From contig WELA01002336.1 in NCBI GenBank assembly GCA_009602735.1, positions 67,417 through 87,416 on the forward strand: a DNA stretch of 20,000 nucleotides, read 5' to 3'. Positions 17,901 through 20,000 of this stretch are shown here, piece by piece. The notes under the pieces are model-generated. The model did no database searches. It saw only the letters and a program-made list of their open reading frames with translations, and was not told where the DNA came from. Each line of letters opens with the position of its first letter. Position 1 is the first letter of the stretch. Both the position numbers and the translations under genes were made by a program. The DNA is from Mesotaenium endlicherianum. Taxonomy: Eukaryota.

Positions 17901-19714
17901 AGGAGCATGGATTCTTTCTTATCTTTCTGGGCACTTTTCTACCCACAGAGGGTGAGGGCAAATAGAAGAAATAGGGTTCTCAGCAGTTAACGACGTGGAG
18001 CCTGGACACATCGTGATGGCAGGAAGATGTAGGGGGAAGTATCCCCAGTATGATCTGCAGGCCCCTCGCCCTTACCCTGCATATCATCTCTCATTCTCCA
18101 GATTTCAGGGCTCAAACATCCACACCCGCCAGCGCGCTACGAACGAGCTCTTCCACTTCGGGGAAGCAAGCACCAACCTCCAACACAGAACTATCTCGCC
18201 CTCTGAAAGTTGATGGTGGCAAGTCCCACAGGCTAGGCCAGTCAACCTGGAGATCATGCGCACGAGGAGAATGCAACGACGGTAGGGTCGCAATGGGGAA
18301 GATAGGAGAAAAGAAATAAGGGGCGGAAAACAGGAAAAAAAACGAAAAACAAAGAGGGGGCAGGAGCCAACGCCAACCCGGCTGACTCCCTTTGTCAAAA
18401 CACATTCCGATCTTAACCAGGATATTGACGCCGCTGTGACAAGGAGGGGAGCACACGCTTCTACTGCAAGGGAGGACGCCGCAGGCGGCAGCGGCGGCGG
18501 CGGCGGCGGGGAGGGGAGACACTTTTCTATGCGGCACACCTGCGAGGGAGAACTCGGGGGGCGGCGACACGTGGCACGTCAGGATCCTCTGGCGGCGCTC
18601 TAGGTCCCACACGCGCACAATGTTGTCGGCGTGCCCGGCAAATAGATACTCCGTCTGGTTGCCAAGTGGCACGCGCACAGCCAGGCTTGAGATGGCCCCC
18701 ATTGGCCGCACCCTGCTTCACACCGAAAATGATTGGAGGTATTTGCAGAGCATGAGTACTGGCCAGTAGTACTAGTACTCGAGTCCTCACCAAGACAGAT
18801 GGAAAAATTGCACACATGCATGTGCCCATCTACACAGAACATCGCACACACAAGTATCTATGTACTCGTATATATATGAGAGTGTGTGCGCGTGTGTGTG
18901 TGTGTCTGTATGAGATGTAGATGGACAAAAAGACGGACACTTATGCGCCACAAAACAAACAATTTCGTTCAGTTCACAAGAAATAGCCCAGAACACATGC
19001 AACATGTGGCTACAAGGACACACCAACTCTCCCACTCCCCCAGTGCACCGCTGCACGACCCCCTTGTCAGATGCTCGGCTCGAGCAGTGGGGATCAAGGG
19101 CCAGAGGCCCACACAAAGAGGCCGCCAAGTTTGGACTGCCGCGAAAAAATGGCCGACCATCATCTTCCGCAAAGCCACAACCGCATGGGCAGCATAGGCA
19201 TCATGGGCAGCATAGGCTGGGGCTGTAATTGCTCGTCGGGAAAGGGCCCGGAAGACAACCACTAGGGCGTGTGAGAGGTGGGGTGCCATAGGGCTTGTCA
19301 CGGGGTCCTGGGTTCTGACTCTTAGAGGCGTCATGAGAGTCTCCAGCGCCAGAGTCTGCGGAAGCTCCGACTCTCAGGCAGGCAGGGGGTTTAGGGCCTA
19401 GGGTTTTTTCTGGAGGGGGGGCGAGGGGGGGGGTGTGGGGGGGGAAGTTATTTTTGGATGTCCTAGGAGGGCCAAGCCCGTTGGGCGACAGTCAAATGCT
19501 GAGGAGGAGAGGGTTTCCCGCTGCGCCACTTCTGTTGGGGCCTAGGGTTTAAGGAGAAGCAAGAGGCAGAGCGAAGCTTGAGGTTGGGCGGCTGCGGAGC
19601 TGGGTATGCGGGAAAGAGCCAAAGCCCTGGGTGCGAGGGCAGAGGGACACCTGGCGACCATGCCCCAGAGGCGGCGCATGACAGGGTCGCCCTCCCTCAG
19701 CTCGTCCGCAGTCT
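352..19714 (-). CDS. NUP160: Nuclear pore complex protein NUP160 (Nup120/160 family); 24 visible exons, 5'-truncated by the window edge, internal exon(s) lost in an assembly gap
   Basis: The spliced translation gives colinear Nup160 motifs: ELREGDPVMRRLWGMVAR, HADNIVRVWDL (beta-propeller), LLSPGVF, GLVRRNGASLFRSL, DDFGLQLSSLHI, AVGYFFRAA, LPYAGLLDKVEAELLWKA, PYALLYAFHVSRHKWRKAAQVMYRHASRL, DLQRFYALASARLQL, LQLPHWLLALFK, WTPYTLLDRL, VKLDSED. All junctions are GT-AG with matching phases except across the gap. Family recognised from recalled plant Nup160 sequence; no search was run. Confidence 0.95.
1240..1446 (-). CDS. NUP160: NUP160 exon: RSSELQKHKRLAGAWTPYTLLDRL...ALDSHLAQ
   Basis: aagcag| acceptor and |gtagcc donor; 207 nt. 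Contains the W.PYT..drL motif. Confidence 0.9.
1545..1584. repeat. (GTGAGGGA)5 perfect tandem repeat, intronic
   Basis: Five exact 8-bp copies read directly. Confidence 0.95.
1845..1985 (-). CDS. NUP160: NUP160 exon: EGLPGGKGGAAAVPPDPAALLGLLLDFDLLPEAASVAVDLLRDWADQ
   Basis: gtgcag| acceptor and |gtaccg donor; 141 nt. Contains the PA.L..L..D....EA motif. Confidence 0.9.
2444..2551 (-). CDS. NUP160: NUP160 exon: EEYVAQHRRLREIVTRTILSVDPGLQLPHWLLALFK
   Basis: tcgcag| acceptor and |gtaggc donor; 108 nt. Contains the LPxWL motif. Confidence 0.93.
2750..2812. repeat. Compound (CA)n/(CG)n/CATG purine-pyrimidine alternating tract
   Basis: Read directly; intronic. Confidence 0.85.
3075..3357 (-). CDS. 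NUP160: NUP160 exon: SGSSQKGPGTKRQD...AAATWQQLRLHL
   Basis: Poly-Y tract then ctgcag| acceptor; |gtaagc donor; 283 nt, phase 2 to 0. Ends in WxxLxxxL. Confidence 0.85.
3706..3890. repeat. Degenerate trinucleotide tract (CAC/CAT/CGT then CAA/CGA)
   Basis: Read directly; intronic low-complexity sequence. Confidence 0.75.
3974..4066 (-). CDS. NUP160: NUP160 exon: ELERIFEAMARHCCALQLHRPDLLHLPPIF
   Basis: gggcag| acceptor and |gtggat donor; 93 nt, phase 2 to 2. Contains the ELExIFxxMAxxCC motif. Not in the ORF track. Confidence 0.9.
4616..4753. repeat. Degenerate (CAGT/CAGC)n tetranucleotide repeat
   Basis: Recurring cagtcagccag units; intronic. Confidence 0.8.
4834..4859. repeat. (GCT)8 microsatellite, reading (CAG)n on the transcript, directly after a 5' splice site
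   Basis: Read directly. Confidence 0.95.
4866..4974 (-). CDS. NUP160: NUP160 exon: GEHVSATQMVRLLSEAGLFSPALSMAALFFHGSALHK
   Basis: gcgcag| acceptor and |gtgagt donor; 109 nt, phase 1 to 2. Confidence 0.9.
5289..5426 (-). CDS. NUP160: NUP160 exon: GVALADGASEGKPAAAQVGLPDLQRFYALASARLQLARYDSSQPLP
   Basis: caatag| acceptor and |gtatgc donor; 138 nt, phase 1 to 1. This frame is not in the ORF track. Confidence 0.88.
5518..5672. repeat. Degenerate (GAGT/CAGT/TAGT)n tetranucleotide repeat
   Basis: Read directly; intronic. Confidence 0.7.
5929..5974. repeat. (GT)23 microsatellite inside a longer imperfect GT/GCAT tract
   Basis: Read directly. Confidence 0.95.
6239..6575 (-). CDS. NUP160: NUP160 exon: AECSDASASPSPYALLYAFHVSRHKWRKAAQVMY...PSPTKRLRL...LLSA
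   Basis: ttgcag| acceptor and |gtaata donor; 337 nt. Carries the most diagnostic Nup160 helical motif. Confidence 0.93.
7259..7327 (-). CDS. NUP160: NUP160 exon: VLCGRELPYAGLLDKVEAELLWK
   Basis: gtgcag| acceptor and |gtgtgc donor; 69 nt. Conserved LP[FY]xGL.dkVe.eL.wK motif. Confidence 0.93.
7378..7423. repeat. Imperfect (CA)n microsatellite
   Basis: Read directly; about 50 nt upstream (on the transcript) of the acceptor at 7328. Confidence 0.95.
7787..8571. other. Assembly gap (785 N)
   Basis: N run flanked by G-rich sequence. Confidence 1.
8889..9019 (-). CDS. NUP160: NUP160 exon: AAAGVAREGQGGQLAVLVHLFTSSSSSSSSVPSSSSEGTSPPA
   Basis: gagcag| acceptor and |gtagtg donor; 131 nt, phase 2 to 1. 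Completes the FFR-AA motif. Confidence 0.8.
9765..10027 (-). CDS. NUP160: NUP160 exon: TLLQCADQISMQQQQQQ...AFLLGFASL...AVGYFFR
   Basis: gcacag| acceptor and |gtgaga donor; 263 nt, phase 0 to 2. Ends in the conserved A..[YC]FFR motif. Confidence 0.88.
10440..10819. other. Assembly gap (380 N)
   Basis: N run after (GGGT)n and before a C run. Confidence 1.
10888..11180 (-). CDS. NUP160: NUP160 exon: AEMNGSDQ...FPRRAVHIALLLLEHSQYRALQ
   Basis: ctgcag| acceptor and |gttcgg donor; 293 nt, phase 1 to 0. Confidence 0.88.
11453..11612 (-). CDS. NUP160: NUP160 exon: VGLDWKDSTQVKLQLLPRV...DDFGLQLSSLHI
   Basis: ttgcag| acceptor and |gtacgg donor; 160 nt, phase 0 to 1. Confidence 0.9.
12299..12649 (-). 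CDS. NUP160: NUP160 exon: VAQPGALSAERQ...GGWTRVL...ARLETAWDLLVLLSYMAQQSTQ
   Basis: Poly-Y tract then tgccag| acceptor; |gtgccg donor; 351 nt. Confidence 0.9.
12999..13036. other. Assembly gap (38 N)
   Basis: N run within poly-G. Confidence 1.
13687..13709. other. Assembly gap (23 N)
   Basis: N run within poly-G. Confidence 1.
13749..13969 (-). CDS. NUP160: NUP160 exon: DSPGHPGSLGLPP...AEEIVAAFVHALTVGMGQ
   Basis: gcgcag| acceptor and |gtgcaa donor; 221 nt, phase 1 to 0. Confidence 0.85.
14126..14259. repeat. Five diverged ~28-35 bp tandem units with core YAYCTGRMAGG(MARTGC), overlapping an exon/intron junction
   Basis: Units start at 14126, 14154, 14184, 14219 and 14249. Confidence 0.8.
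14252..14483 (-). CDS. NUP160: NUP160 exon: ASVLDAEAR...WSSLTRSYLRCWQDHTRPLGLLLDPTSGALGLVRRNGASLFRSLDPVEELRLRAVLP
   Basis: tggcag| acceptor and |gtgtca donor; 232 nt, phase 0 to 1. An in-frame alternative donor exists at 14129. Confidence 0.9.
14957..15148 (-). CDS. NUP160: NUP160 exon: AGVNVDLDEVFTSTLLSPGVFLWPALRQVL...AQVLSLQ
   Basis: gtgcag| acceptor and |gtgacg donor; 192 nt. Contains the LLxPGVF motif. Confidence 0.9.
15979..16114 (-). CDS. NUP160: NUP160 exon: DSQECQLADREVAARLLLGHQ...LALESFSR
   Basis: Poly-Y tract then ctgcag| acceptor; |gtagaa donor is weak, so this boundary is less certain. 136 nt, phase 2 to 0. Confidence 0.75.
16420..16578. other. Assembly gap (159 N)
   Basis: N run within poly-G. 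Confidence 1.
16603..16733 (-). CDS. NUP160: NUP160 exon: APLVDLRLLKGEAWVLLGAPP...GTSSLT
   Basis: ccacag| acceptor and |gtgagc donor; 131 nt, phase 0 to 2. Confidence 0.85.
17256..17345 (-). CDS. NUP160: NUP160 exon: EGVERQLWRYELALHTGGTVEPLGSIPLGQ
   Basis: cagcag| acceptor (alternative boundary at 17348) and |gtacaa donor; 90 nt, phase 0 to 0. Confidence 0.85.
17610..17695 (-). CDS. NUP160: NUP160 exon: EAPVHKWWVDDCVDPTGTLHLAALYNSSE
   Basis: cgacag| acceptor and |gtgaca donor; 86 nt, phase 1 to 0. This frame is not in the ORF track. Confidence 0.85.
18540..18712 (-). CDS. NUP160: NUP160 exon: VRPMGAISSLAV...HADNIVRVWDLERRQRILTCHVSPPPEFSLA
   Basis: aagcag| acceptor and |gtgtgc donor; 173 nt. 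Contains the H-x-D-x-x-[VL]R[VL]WD propeller motif. Confidence 0.9.
19184..19217. repeat. Direct repeat CATGGGCAGCATAGGC x2 (period 18)
   Basis: Exact 16-mers at 19184-19199 and 19202-19217. Confidence 0.9.
19651..19714 (-). CDS. NUP160: NUP160 exon (first visible): TADELREGDPVMRRLWGMVAR
   Basis: gaacag| acceptor and |gtgtcc donor; 64 nt. Resembles the plant ELRDD..GRLWG..SR segment. Ends in phase 2, which fits the next exon. Confidence 0.85.
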
Positions 19715-19721
19715 CTGTTCA

Positions 19722-19775
19722 TACACGCACACACCCGCACATGCACGCACGCACGCACACATGCACGCACGCACG
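19722..19775. repeat. Imperfect (CA)/(GCAC)n tract adjacent to an acceptor site
   Basis: Read directly. Confidence 0.85.
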
Positions 19776-20000
19776 TGGAACGGGCTTAAGCCAGTGAGGT
19801 CATTCTCACTAGAGGGTATGCCACGCCCGCGCTCACGACTCGAGAGGGCTTCCTTGATGGAGGTGAGCTCAGCCCTACGAATGCCGCTGGGTAAGCTGTG
19901 ACTGGCTAGGAATGTTATTGCGGAAAAGTTAGTGTATCAGATTCAGCAGTCGTGTGAAGAGCAGCAACTGCCTCAGAGATCCATGGGGGGGGGGGGGGGG

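Overview
This is eukaryotic genomic DNA: intron-rich, microsatellite-rich, with five N-gaps. Nearly the whole window is one minus-strand gene that I recognise as NUP160, the nuclear-pore Y-complex (Nup107-160) scaffold nucleoporin (SAR1 in Arabidopsis). I reconstructed 24 GT-AG exons by hand between 19714 and the stop codon at 352, about 4.06 kb of coding sequence (~1350 codons). Intron phases are consistent at every junction except across the 785-N gap at 7787-8571, where one or more exons must be hidden. The N-terminal exons lie beyond the right edge of the window. The protein follows land-plant Nup160 colinearly (compared from memory, not by a search). Together with the GC-rich, (CA)n-laden introns, this suggests a streptophyte green alga; that is an inference. 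Most ORFs in the supplied track are either these exons with intron read-through or are spurious. I found no convincing new multi-gene system. The best second-look items are splicing-level: a tandemly duplicated 5' splice junction creating an in-frame alternative donor, G-rich acceptors without a pyrimidine tract next to foldback CA/GT repeats, and an intronic telo-box pair.
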